From: an uncultured Alphaproteobacteria bacterium
GTDB taxonomy: Bacteria > Pseudomonadota > Alphaproteobacteria > RF32 > CAG-239
Direction of reading: 5' to 3'
NCBI GenBank assembly: GCA_949493535.1
Contig: CASZWJ010000004.1
Coordinates: 38,877-102,876, forward strand
Length of the DNA stretch: 64,000 nt
This document shows, piece after piece, positions 56,622 to 64,000 of this stretch. The notes below the pieces were generated by a model. The model did not search any database and had not been told where the DNA came from. It saw only the letters and a list, made by a program, of their open reading frames with translations. Every line of letters begins with the position of its first letter. Positions within the stretch are counted from its first letter, which is position 1. A program made the position numbers and the translations under genes.

Positions 56622-56828
56622 TTATTCTCCAAGCAGTTTTTTGCGCTTCAAATCCATATTTTGCGGATCCAGAATTCCGGTATAAGATGTGCGTATCGTG
56701 CTGTCCAAACCGCGGCGCTGCCGTTCCAGAGCCTTCTGGCGCTCGGCTTCGGCGTTTCTTTCCGCCTCTGCTGCCGTATCGACTTTGCTGACTTCTATTT
56801 TCGGGGTTCCGCTGAATACTTTTCCCAT
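56622..56828 (-). CDS. Hypothetical small phage protein (68 aa)
   Basis: It lies between the holin-like gene and the portal gene. Charged helical peptide. Confidence 0.3.
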   Translation of the reverse strand: MGKVFSGTPKIEVSKVDTAAEAERNAEAERQKALERQRRGLDSTIRTSYTGILDPQNMDLKRKKLLGE

Positions 56829-56870
56829 TTGTTTTCTCCTAAAAAAAAGCCCTTGTTTCCAAGGGCTGCG

Positions 56871-57416
56871 TTAAAAAATTTTGTTGACTGTTTTTGAAAA
56901 GATGTCTTCGCCTTTTTTGCTTTGTTTTTCCTGAGAGCGTTTGACAACCTGAACGCCAAGGACGCCCAGAGCAATACTCCACAAAGAGGTGGTTTCGACC
57001 AGCGATGCGATTATTTCTGTTACATTCGGATAATCGGCAATAATCACATAACAAACCGTTGAGATTGTCAGCAGCCAGGCCAAAGCCACGGAATATCCGA
57101 AAGCCGGACGCCAAAAACGAACAAAACGGTCTTCGGAAGCCAATTCCTGCCTTATTGTTTCATTAATCGTGCTTAATGTTTTGGCATCAAATTCGTTTTC
57201 AACCTCCTGTGTTTTTTCGGCATGGCGGTTGGCTTCTTTCAACGCTTCTACCGATATTTCGCCCTGTTTTATGGCATCGCTCACTTCAAACAAAGCCGAA
57301 CCTGCCTTTTTTGCGGCATCATTATCAAGTTTGTTCAATGACGAACTGACAAACTTTACTAAAATAGGCAGTCCTATTTTTCCCAGAACTTTGCTTATCA
57401 TTTTTTCATTCCTCAA
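56871..57416 (-). CDS. Putative holin (181 aa; soluble N-terminal domain plus two C-terminal TM helices)
   Basis: TM segments FGYSVALAWLLTISTVCYVIIA and LWSIALGVLGVQVV lie at the C-terminus. The gene is immediately downstream of, and overlapping, the endolysin gene. Confidence 0.4.
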   Translation of the reverse strand: MRNEKMISKVLGKIGLPILVKFVSSSLNKLDNDAAKKAGSALFEVSDAIKQGEISVEALKEANRHAEKTQEVENEFDAKTLSTINETIRQELASEDRFVRFWRPAFGYSVALAWLLTISTVCYVIIADYPNVTEIIASLVETTSLWSIALGVLGVQVVKRSQEKQSKKGEDIFSKTVNKIF

Positions 57417-57825
57417 TGTCGTTATAGAAAAAATGACTGCCGATTTCGGCGCAGGGGATTTTGCCTACGGACCATTTAGGACGCAGCTTTTTGACATGAT
57501 AATGCGTTGCGCCGCCGGTTCGGTCTTCCAGCAATCCGGCAGCCGCGCGGCGGGCAATCCGCTTACAGGTTGCAAATACCGGATTATCTTCATTTGCCTT
57601 CAACAAAATCCTGTAGTTGGGGTCATCCATATTCCAACAAGAAAACTGGTACGGTTTTTGGCAAACCTCGGCAATATTGTTTCCCCACCAGTAATGCCCG
57701 TATTTTCTGCTGAAGGCAACACGGTTTATAACCACCGAAGCAACAGCTTCCTGGCCTGAAAGAGGTTCGCCTCTGGCTTCGCCGAAAATGGTTTTGGCCA
57801 GAATATCAATTGTTAAATCGCTCAT
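57406..57825 (-). CDS. Endolysin, SleB/CwlJ-type cell-wall hydrolase (Hydrolase_2 family)
   Basis: LAKTIFGEARGEPLSGQEAVASVVINRV...YGHYWWG...YQFSCWN matches the SleB-like hydrolase signature (ARGE...INR...QFSxWN). 139 aa. Confidence 0.65.
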   Translation of the reverse strand: MSDLTIDILAKTIFGEARGEPLSGQEAVASVVINRVAFSRKYGHYWWGNNIAEVCQKPYQFSCWNMDDPNYRILLKANEDNPVFATCKRIARRAAAGLLEDRTGGATHYHVKKLRPKWSVGKIPCAEIGSHFFYNDIEE

Positions 57826-58109
57826 CTGTTTTTTCCTACTTCATCAAGTTTTTTCTCAATCCGCAGCAGATGATTGGTTAACCGGCTCTCAACATCTTTG
57901 AGATAGTTCACCGACACATAGTTGCGGGCGACATGGAGTTTGAAATCAGCCAAAGCATCTTTCAAATCCAATATTTGTTGTTCCTGCGCGGCTTTAGCCT
58001 GCTCTAATTCGGCATCTGCCTCCTTTTTGTTGCGCAGCACCATTCGAAACAAGGCGGCAAAAGCCGGCAGTTCGACCATGGCCACCCAGGTCGTTATTTC
58101 ATTAAACAT
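57822..58109 (-). CDS. Small membrane/coiled-coil lysis-associated protein (i-spanin- or antiholin-like)
   Basis: N-terminal hydrophobic segment WVAMVELPAFAALFRMVL followed by about 65 aa of coiled coil. It overlaps the endolysin start by 4 nt. Confidence 0.35.
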   Translation of the reverse strand: MFNEITTWVAMVELPAFAALFRMVLRNKKEADAELEQAKAAQEQQILDLKDALADFKLHVARNYVSVNYLKDVESRLTNHLLRIEKKLDEVGKNR

Positions 58110-58121
58110 TGTTAAAATTCC

Positions 58122-59624
58122 TTATTCTATTTCAAAGCCGGTTTGAGCATTGAACTGGCGAGAGCTTCCCTGCCAGCTGTTCATCCTGGCCTTGCCGCCG
58201 TCAACAGCAAAAACAGGCAGCCGAACAGGCTCAGCAGCCAAACAGCCGGCAACAGCGTCAAGAGCATCGTCATGATGAGAGCCTTCAACGCTAAATTCGC
58301 GCATTTCTTCAATGAACGGCGTCGTCCAGATTTTCTGATGTACATTTAAAGCCCTTTCAGCCAGCAAAACCTCAAAAGCGGACAATATCCGCGCAGCTTT
58401 GCCGGCAGTTGAATACATTTCTAAAACCGCAACCCTGAGATTGCGGCGTTTAAGCGCTTGTTTCAAAATCCCCGGCAAAAATTTGCCGATGCCGTTTGCT
58501 TCAATCCGGACGGCATTCAGATAATTGCGTTCCAGAAAAGCGATCACTTTTTCGCACTGGGCGGAAGCGGCATTATCACAGCTTTCATGGCCAAGCCTGA
58601 TATATTCCAAATCATGCAGCCAATAATGCCCCTCCTCATCGGTAAACACGCAGGCAATCACCGAGTTATCTCCTTTTTGAGACGCAAAAGACGGATCCCA
58701 CCAACAAGAAGCCGCCACCATTTTTTTATCGCCGATTTTTAAGAACTCGCGATTATTGGCCGCGCTTAAAACGATTTCTTCGTTATACGTCCTGAGACGA
58801 GACGGATCCAAGATGCTGTCGCAAAAATTGACCGGTTGCAGCATCATTTGCGACAAGAACTTATTTTCGCCCGAACGAGCGCGAATCGAAGCAATTTTTT
58901 CAATACTGAAACGTTCCGGCCAATTTGAATTTCCGTTTTTATCAAGCACCGGAAGCTCCAGTTTCTTGAAGCCGCGTAAAAAAGGCTCGGTTTCAGGCTT
59001 TGATTTTTCAGTCTCCGTTTGATAAATCGTATAAAAATTATGCGGTGTTCCGATATATAACTGCATTCCCTGCGGGGTGAGAATGTAATCAAGCTCATTG
59101 AGCTTTTCCCGCAGTTCCTGTCTCTTTAACGGCGTATCGCAGTTTTTAGGCACTTCAACGTCATCACAAATTATCAAATCAGCTCTCAAGCCGGTTATGT
59201 TGGCGCCGATGCCTTTTGCCAGCATCGACGGATCTCTTAATTCCTGAGGGCGGACAACCGTAAACTGCCCCGAAGCCCATTGATCCTGCTTTTGTGGTTT
59301 CAAATGCTTCGCAAGCGGATGCTGCTCAATTATCCTTTTGACATTGCGCACCATTTTCTTGGCCAATGCATGATCTGCTGCCATTACCAAAATCCGCAAA
59401 GAGGGATTATCATACAAAGCCCATGCGCAAAACAGCCCGACAATCGTCGATTTTCCCGAATTGCGAAAGGCCATCAGCAAGCCCTGCCTGTCTGACGGTT
59501 TCGCATAAAGTTTTGACAACCAACGCAACATCTTGTTTTGATGCCGCGGAATTTTCATTCCCTGAAGGCGAAACCAAACATATACAAATTCAAAAAAGCC
59601 GACGCCCCAAAGCGTCTGCTTCAT
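58122..59624 (-). CDS. Terminase large subunit (500 aa)
   Basis: Walker A LMAFRNSGKSTIVG and Walker B-like LVMAADHA. A C-terminal nuclease-domain acidic residue (...IICDDVEV...) is present. The size is that of T7-like TerL (gp19-class). Confidence 0.65.
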   Translation of the reverse strand: MKQTLWGVGFFEFVYVWFRLQGMKIPRHQNKMLRWLSKLYAKPSDRQGLLMAFRNSGKSTIVGLFCAWALYDNPSLRILVMAADHALAKKMVRNVKRIIEQHPLAKHLKPQKQDQWASGQFTVVRPQELRDPSMLAKGIGANITGLRADLIICDDVEVPKNCDTPLKRQELREKLNELDYILTPQGMQLYIGTPHNFYTIYQTETEKSKPETEPFLRGFKKLELPVLDKNGNSNWPERFSIEKIASIRARSGENKFLSQMMLQPVNFCDSILDPSRLRTYNEEIVLSAANNREFLKIGDKKMVAASCWWDPSFASQKGDNSVIACVFTDEEGHYWLHDLEYIRLGHESCDNAASAQCEKVIAFLERNYLNAVRIEANGIGKFLPGILKQALKRRNLRVAVLEMYSTAGKAARILSAFEVLLAERALNVHQKIWTTPFIEEMREFSVEGSHHDDALDAVAGCLAAEPVRLPVFAVDGGKARMNSWQGSSRQFNAQTGFEIE

Positions 59625-59935
59625 TCTTCATCCTCCGGCAAATCTTCTGCCTGAGCTTCTGCCAAAAGCTGCTGCATCGACGTCAGCTCCGCCGAATTAT
59701 CCTCAGCAGGCAGCAATTCGTCTTCTGTCCAGCGCGCAAGCTTTAGCAGAGTTTCGGCATGAATAACCGCCGATTTGCAGGCGGTATGATGCGCGCTGAA
59801 CCCTTTGGCATCAACCGGAGCCGGCTGTTCCGAAAAATCTTCATAGCTTTGTATCACCTCAGATATTTTCTGTGGCAGCGTTTTTTTCAAATTCTTTTTC
59901 AAAGCCTGAAGAGTTTTTATTTTTTTGACTGGCAT
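59621..59935 (-). CDS. Putative terminase small subunit / packaging protein (104 aa)
   Basis: It is immediately upstream of TerL with ATGA overlap. Basic N-terminus (MPVKKIKTLQALKKNLKK) and acidic C-terminus. Assigned by position and size only. Confidence 0.3.
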   Translation of the reverse strand: MPVKKIKTLQALKKNLKKTLPQKISEVIQSYEDFSEQPAPVDAKGFSAHHTACKSAVIHAETLLKLARWTEDELLPAEDNSAELTSMQQLLAEAQAEDLPEDEE

Positions 59936-60028
59936 TTAATAAAACTCCATAAAAAAAAGTCCAACCGCTGGCTGAACTTTTAACTTTTTTTGGATACACT
60001 ACTGGCAAGTGATAGAATCATCTATAAA

Positions 60029-60469
60029 TTAAAAAAAATCATTTGTCAAGACTTTTTTCCTACAATTCTGAGTAATTGTTAAATATTTATACAATTTATA
60101 TGGCGTGGCTATGCATACGTCATGGATTCCAAGCACCCTTTTAACAAATTCAACGCAGGTAAACGGCGCCAAAGGCGCTGCCTTGAGAGGCGCTTGTCGG
60201 AACTTTACCGGAATAACTTTAATATTTTCTTTCTTTTTCAAATGATAAATATAATCAAAATTCAAAGGATTGGCGTGCACAAAAAAACATATCTGATTAG
60301 ACATCGGATTAATTTCAAGCCACTGCTCTTTCTCCCCCGAGAGTTTCAGCAGCAAATAACAATGCCGGAAACCCTTTTTTAGAAAACGAAGCCACCAAAG
60401 GTTTGTTTCATGCTCAAAGACAACATATCCATTGCCAAAATATTTTTCATTAAACATAGAATCATACAT
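60029..60469 (-). CDS. Hypothetical early phage protein (146 aa; His...Cys arrangement compatible with a permuted papain-like fold, speculative)
   Basis: GFRHCYLLL and PFTCVEFVKRVLGI resemble the His and Cys boxes of NlpC/P60-type peptidases in permuted order. No firm family assignment. Confidence 0.3.
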   Translation of the reverse strand: MYDSMFNEKYFGNGYVVFEHETNLWWLRFLKKGFRHCYLLLKLSGEKEQWLEINPMSNQICFFVHANPLNFDYIYHLKKKENIKVIPVKFRQAPLKAAPLAPFTCVEFVKRVLGIHDVCIATPYKLYKYLTITQNCRKKVLTNDFF

Positions 60470-60481
60470 TAGGTTTTCCTT

Positions 60482-60808
60482 TTATAGAATTTCCTTATAT
60501 TTCAAATACACGTCAAAGTTGCGCATTGCTTCTTCCCATAGGCGTATTTCACTACGTTTCGCGCGTTTGTCATACCAAGGAGAAACTTGCTTTTCTCCCC
60601 ATTCCGTCATCACACGCAAATGCCTGTTTGTTAAATGGTGATTCTTCTTCATATTCTTTACTATTCCATAGATATCCGATATTTCACAATTTCTTAATTT
60701 TCCCCAATAATCGCTTTTTGAACGCAGTCCTCCGCGTGCCGATAAGCTGTTGCAGAACCAAAACCAGACTTCTTCTGCGCTGTTAAACGGTTCATAATCT
60801 TCCCTCAT
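60482..60808 (-). CDS. Hypothetical early phage protein (108 aa), first gene of the leftward operon
   Basis: GGGAGA RBS 5 nt before ATG 60808. It is Trp-rich (EEVWFWF...). LTNRHLRVMTEWG resembles a sigma70-region-4/LuxR-type HTH, weakly. Confidence 0.3.
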   Translation of the reverse strand: MREDYEPFNSAEEVWFWFCNSLSARGGLRSKSDYWGKLRNCEISDIYGIVKNMKKNHHLTNRHLRVMTEWGEKQVSPWYDKRAKRSEIRLWEEAMRNFDVYLKYKEIL

Positions 60809-60969
60809 ATTGTCTCCCTTAAAAACACACTACAATTAACCAAATGTTAACCATGTGAAATTTATATATAAAGTTGTAGGAATTTCAACACAAAAAAGAT
60901 TTGATTCCTAACAATAATTGTTTATAATAACACAAACACCTTTGAAACCCTAATTAAAGAGTAGCTAAA
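60809..60969. promoter_or_regulatory. Divergent intergenic switch region between the CI-like repressor and the early operon; contains direct TTAACCA repeats and inverted repeat AGGAAT...ATTCCT
   Basis: TTAACCAAATGTTAACCATG at 60834-60853 has two TTAACCA copies around a GTTAAC palindrome. AGGAAT at 60878-60883 and ATTCCT at 60904-60909 form an inverted repeat. Confidence 0.35.
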
Positions 60970-61590
60970 ATGAAATATGACACGATATGGAACTCTGTTG
61001 ATAAGTTAGCCCAAAGCAAAGGATTATCCCCTTCGGGGCTGGCTAAACTAGCCGGGCTGGACGCAACAACGTTTAATAAAAGCAAAAGAATTCGTCCGGA
61101 CGGAAAAAACAGATGGCCTTCCATGGATAGTGTCAACAAGCTTCTTGAAGTTTGCAATATTACTTTTGAGCAATTTTACAATATGGGAAACAGCGAGGAA
61201 GAATTTGAGGGGGGAACAATCCCCTTTATTAAGCTCTCACAATTAGGCTGCAATCCTAAAATTGAAGATAAATACTTAAAAACGGCCGGCTGGAATAAGA
61301 TTATTTTTCCTGATGCAAAAGACATTCTCTACGCAGCAGAAATTAATACTGACGAATATCTGCCGCTATACCGTCACGGTTCCACAGTTATACTATCTGC
61401 AAATTCAGATATACGCAAAGGCGACCGTGTTGCAATTTTTTTGAATGAAGACAAGCTACTCCTAAAAGAATTTATCCGCCGCACGCCGTCTCAACTGGTT
61501 ATAACCGATATTAACAATCCTGCCGAAGAAAAGATTATTGCCATTGCCGATGTCAAACTGATCAACCGCATTCTTTGGGCCAGCCAATAG
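60970..61590 (+). CDS. CI/LexA-type phage repressor (N-terminal XRE-family HTH plus C-terminal S24 peptidase domain)
   Basis: The HTH is IWNSVDKLAQSKGLSPSGLAKLAGLDATTFNKSK. The C-terminus GDRVAIFLNEDKLLLKEFIRRTPSQLVITDINNPAEEKII parallels lambda CI [37 protein letters not shown], including the catalytic Lys. YRHGSTVIL is the probable Ser region. Confidence 0.65.
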   Translation: MKYDTIWNSVDKLAQSKGLSPSGLAKLAGLDATTFNKSKRIRPDGKNRWPSMDSVNKLLEVCNITFEQFYNMGNSEEEFEGGTIPFIKLSQLGCNPKIEDKYLKTAGWNKIIFPDAKDILYAAEINTDEYLPLYRHGSTVILSANSDIRKGDRVAIFLNEDKLLLKEFIRRTPSQLVITDINNPAEEKIIAIADVKLINRILWASQ

Positions 61591-61598
61591 GAATAAAA

Positions 61599-61853
61599 AT
61601 GGATACAAAAAAATATCTGCAATTAAGCAGCTTGAAACTTTCAGAATTGGAAAACAAGTATCATTATATTGCAAATGAACATAACATTAAGGAAATCGGC
61701 CACTCAATTGATCGGGCTTGTCTCAAAGAGACTCTGAAAATCGCCAGCCTGAGAAACAAAAACGGCCTCAGCAGCATTAAATTTTCTGAGAAAAAACTTT
61801 TTGAAAAGCGGCAATTCGCCATTTTGGGCAATAAATGCCCGGATGAATTTTAA
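61599..61853 (+). CDS. Hypothetical small protein downstream of repressor (84 aa)
   Basis: AGGA RBS 8 nt before ATG 61599. MDTKKYLQLSSLKLSELENKYHYIANEHNIKEIGHSIDRACLK... Its stop abuts the convergent stop of the next gene. Confidence 0.3.
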   Translation: MDTKKYLQLSSLKLSELENKYHYIANEHNIKEIGHSIDRACLKETLKIASLRNKNGLSSIKFSEKKLFEKRQFAILGNKCPDEF

Positions 61854-62342
61854 TTAATAGAATTGCGTGGTTTTCAGCATTTCTTCAATTTGGCATAAAA
61901 CATTATCGGCATCTTGCGACAAATCTATCGTCACACAGTCGCCGATACGGCAGGTATTGGTTTCTGCATTATAATGGCAAAACGGCGTTGTGAACCATTT
62001 TTGATATTGGGTGCCGTCATCAATATGAATGTTTATCCCCTGTGAATTGCAGTATTCGGCTTTTGCCGAATTCCACAGCTTTTCCGGCACCTTAAATTCA
62101 CCGTTGCTGAAATATTTGACTTCGCCCTGCGCATCATAAAAGTCCAGAATTGCAAAAACGGCCGTATAAAAAATATTATGGCTGTTCAGATAATCTTCAA
62201 CTGTTTTTCTCGGACCGCCGGTTATAATATGAAGTTCATAGCCACGCTCTTTTACAGCCTTTGAAAAAGCGCTGAAAAATTCGGGGCGATCCGTTATAAC
62301 ACCGTGAAAATCCAACCCGATTTTTACTTTAAACTTCCTCAT
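61854..62342 (-). CDS. Hypothetical protein, possible HAD-like/nucleotidase-like hydrolase (162 aa)
   Basis: The N-terminus KVKIGLDFHGVITD resembles HAD/5'-nucleotidase motif I, but the second Asp is His. It overlaps the upstream AsmA-like gene by 4 nt, so it is host operon rather than phage. Confidence 0.35.
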   Translation of the reverse strand: MRKFKVKIGLDFHGVITDRPEFFSAFSKAVKERGYELHIITGGPRKTVEDYLNSHNIFYTAVFAILDFYDAQGEVKYFSNGEFKVPEKLWNSAKAEYCNSQGINIHIDDGTQYQKWFTTPFCHYNAETNTCRIGDCVTIDLSQDADNVLCQIEEMLKTTQFY

Positions 62343-64000
62343 TTGTCCGAACTTCCGAATATTGATGACAATAAATCTTTTAACGATCCCGGACTCAAAG
62401 CAGAAAGCGGATTGATGCTAACCTCAGGATTAGAGATATCTCCTTTGATTGAATAATTGGCAGCAAATACCGTACCGTCTTTACCGCTCAGAATATTGCC
62501 GACAATCGGCAGTTTTCCGATGAAAGTATTCAGTCCATAAGCGGGAGCAATCACGCCTTTCATATTCAAATCTTCGGTATTGCGGTCGTAATAGCCTTTC
62601 AGAGTTATACCCATAACATTACCAAACGCTTTGCTTTCCGCCACAGACAAAATTTTATTTTTATATTCGAACGGCGCGTCCAAATGAGAAAAAGCCATTC
62701 CCTCGCCGGTCAGCATATTGACCATGCCGCTCAAAGAAGCAACTGTCAGCAACTTGGCAAAAACCGGCGTATTATGGATGCTGAAATCGCGGATTTTGGC
62801 ATGCCCGATAAAAGCTTTGTTTTTGTCTCTTTTAGCACTGATACTCAGCCTGCCGCCGCGCATGTCGTCATAAATGCGCAAAAACTTCATGGTTTTTCCG
62901 GCATCATTACTGTCAATGGCAAGCAGATATTCTTTACCCGGGCGCGGCGTATAATCAAGTTTGAGGTATTTCTTCTGGTTGCCGCCGAAATTGCCGATTA
63001 AATGCATTTCCTGAATGCCGATGCCGTTACGCAGCTGTGCTGACCCCGCAAAATTTTTGACAGAAACATATTCATTGGTCCAAAGGCTGTTAACGGCGAT
63101 GAAAACATCCGTGTCAGGCACGTTTTCCCATTCGTCGTCTTCTTTTTGATTCTTTTTGCCCGCAGATTTAGGTTTGGCAGTTTTCTCATCAGTCTTGTCA
63201 AAAAATTCTGACAAATCATAGCTGCTGCCGGAAACATTGATTTTTACTTTTTTCTTTTTGCCGTATGCCAGTTCTATTTTGGCTTTGGCATTGGTTTTCG
63301 GCGCTTTAATATTAAAAATATCAACCACTTTGACACGTTGTTCTTTATCCAATTCAATTTTGCCGTTTAGAACAAAATCGCGCTTATTAAAGCTGATATT
63401 CGGTACGGAAATGAGCTTTCCATCTACAAAATTCAAACGCACTTTGGCTGTTCCCAGCTGCCCCAAAGGCTTGACCAAACCAAGAAAAGCATAATCCACA
63501 TCCGCATTGGCCATATTACCGTTAATATCAATCTGCATGCGCTCATCGTCAAAACGGGTAATCTCGGCATCAATCAAAGCATATCCGGAAATATACGGCG
63601 GATTAATAATATCTGATTCAATGCCGACTTTCTTTTTGAAAGCATCGTCAAATTTGAATGAAATATTATAACGGCTTTTATAGTTTTTATCGGTAAAACG
63701 CTCATTCCAGACCAAACTGAGCGGGATACCTTCTATTGAAGCATCGCCGGTCACTTTCAGCCCGTTATTATCAACTTCAAGCTTAAGTTCTTCAGCCTTA
63801 ATGCTTTTTTTCTCAATAATATCGGGAATTTCCACATTATGCAGGTCTGATTTGACAGCGACTTTGACTTCATCCGGCCTGAGGTTTTGCTTTAATTCAA
63901 AATTCAGATATAAATCCGTGTCCACAGTTCCGGTAATTGCTTCCGGAGCGATACCCATTTCGCTGGCATAATTTAACGGTTTGTGATCTATCAATTTCAG
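62339..64000 (-). CDS. AsmA/YhdP-family envelope protein, C-terminal part (gene start beyond window end)
   Basis: The C-terminal region ...LTGEGMAFSHLDAPFEYKNKILSVAESKAFGNVMGITLKGYYDR...GKLPIVGNILSGKDGTVFAANYSIKGDISNPEVSINPLSALSPGS matches the AsmA-like C-terminal domain (DUF3971). The ORF is open to the window edge, and the listed Met at 63994 is probably internal. Confidence 0.55.
   Translation of the reverse strand: MKLIDHKPLNYASEMGIAPEAITGTVDTDLYLNFELKQNLRPDEVKVAVKSDLHNVEIPDIIEKKSIKAEELKLEVDNNGLKVTGDASIEGIPLSLVWNERFTDKNYKSRYNISFKFDDAFKKKVGIESDIINPPYISGYALIDAEITRFDDERMQIDINGNMANADVDYAFLGLVKPLGQLGTAKVRLNFVDGKLISVPNISFNKRDFVLNGKIELDKEQRVKVVDIFNIKAPKTNAKAKIELAYGKKKKVKINVSGSSYDLSEFFDKTDEKTAKPKSAGKKNQKEDDEWENVPDTDVFIAVNSLWTNEYVSVKNFAGSAQLRNGIGIQEMHLIGNFGGNQKKYLKLDYTPRPGKEYLLAIDSNDAGKTMKFLRIYDDMRGGRLSISAKRDKNKAFIGHAKIRDFSIHNTPVFAKLLTVASLSGMVNMLTGEGMAFSHLDAPFEYKNKILSVAESKAFGNVMGITLKGYYDRNTEDLNMKGVIAPAYGLNTFIGKLPIVGNILSGKDGTVFAANYSIKGDISNPEVSINPLSALSPGSLKDLLSSIFGSSDK

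Larger units (their letters stand above)
49129..61853. mobile_element. Compact T7-supergroup podovirus-like prophage-like element (about 12.7 kb): repressor, TerS?/TerL, lysis cassette, portal, scaffold, capsid, tail tubular A/B, terminal lysozyme; no integrase, replication, RNAP, core or fibre genes
   Basis: A contiguous block of minus-strand phage-type genes runs from 60808 down to 49129. A divergent CI-like repressor on the plus strand sits at 60970-61590. Host-type genes flank the block: esterase, SBP and mlaC on the left, and an AsmA-like gene on the right. The gene order portal-scaffold-capsid-gp11-gp12 mirrors T7. Confidence 0.7.

Noticed and set aside
49129-61853. Calling the phage block a complete inducible prophage
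   Set aside because: No integrase, replication, core or fibre genes and no att/tRNA flank are present within the block or its immediate surroundings, so it was annotated as a prophage-like or possibly domesticated element instead.

Overview
This 64-kb window looks like a chromosomal segment of a Gram-negative bacterium, about 43-45% GC by eye. The short rod-binding-only FlgJ, the AapJ-like binding protein and the SleB-type phage lysin are reminiscent of Alphaproteobacteria, but the taxon is not certain from sequence alone.

Main contents:
- Left edge: the 5' 6.5 kb of a giant, repetitive TpsA/filamentous-haemagglutinin-type exoprotein gene, truncated by the window. Its AT-rich 5' region follows, then a DNA N6-adenine methyltransferase remnant with an in-frame TAG, two small orphan genes and tRNA-Lys(UUU).
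- Housekeeping backbone: queH, an ABC-F ATPase, a YiaD-like OmpA lipoprotein and a stand-alone murE. Flagellar genes flgI, flgJ (short form), an flgN-like gene, flgK and flgL follow, then a glgB-glgX-malQ operon. Next come a TPR/SAM-methyltransferase, a MATE exporter, an EptA-like phosphoethanolamine transferase and tRNA-Leu(CAA). The block ends with cysS-gltX, mlaC, an AapJ-like solute-binding protein and an esterase.
- Accessory material: a 775-aa extremely cysteine-rich secreted protein with an internal roughly 100-aa domain duplication, and a divergently transcribed acidic protein with strikingly C3-biased codon usage. There is also a three-gene operon encoding a motif-degenerate (probably ATPase-dead) SNF2-like protein, a PAPS-reductase-like (IbrA/DndC-like) protein and a ParB/Srx-fold (IbrB-like) protein. 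Elsewhere are a lysine/glutamate-rich membrane-anchored protein, a very AT-rich orphan gene beside tRNA-Leu, and tandemly duplicated small secreted-protein genes.
- Most conspicuous: a compact, roughly 12.7-kb T7-supergroup podovirus-like element at 49129-61853. It has a CI/LexA-type repressor, TerS?/TerL, a lysis cassette, portal, scaffold, capsid, tail tubular A and B, and a terminal lysozyme. It has no integrase, replication, RNAP, internal-core or tail-fibre genes, so it is a candidate defective prophage or domesticated (GTA-like) locus.
- The right edge is a partial AsmA/YhdP-like gene. No CRISPR array, rRNA or IS transposase was recognised.
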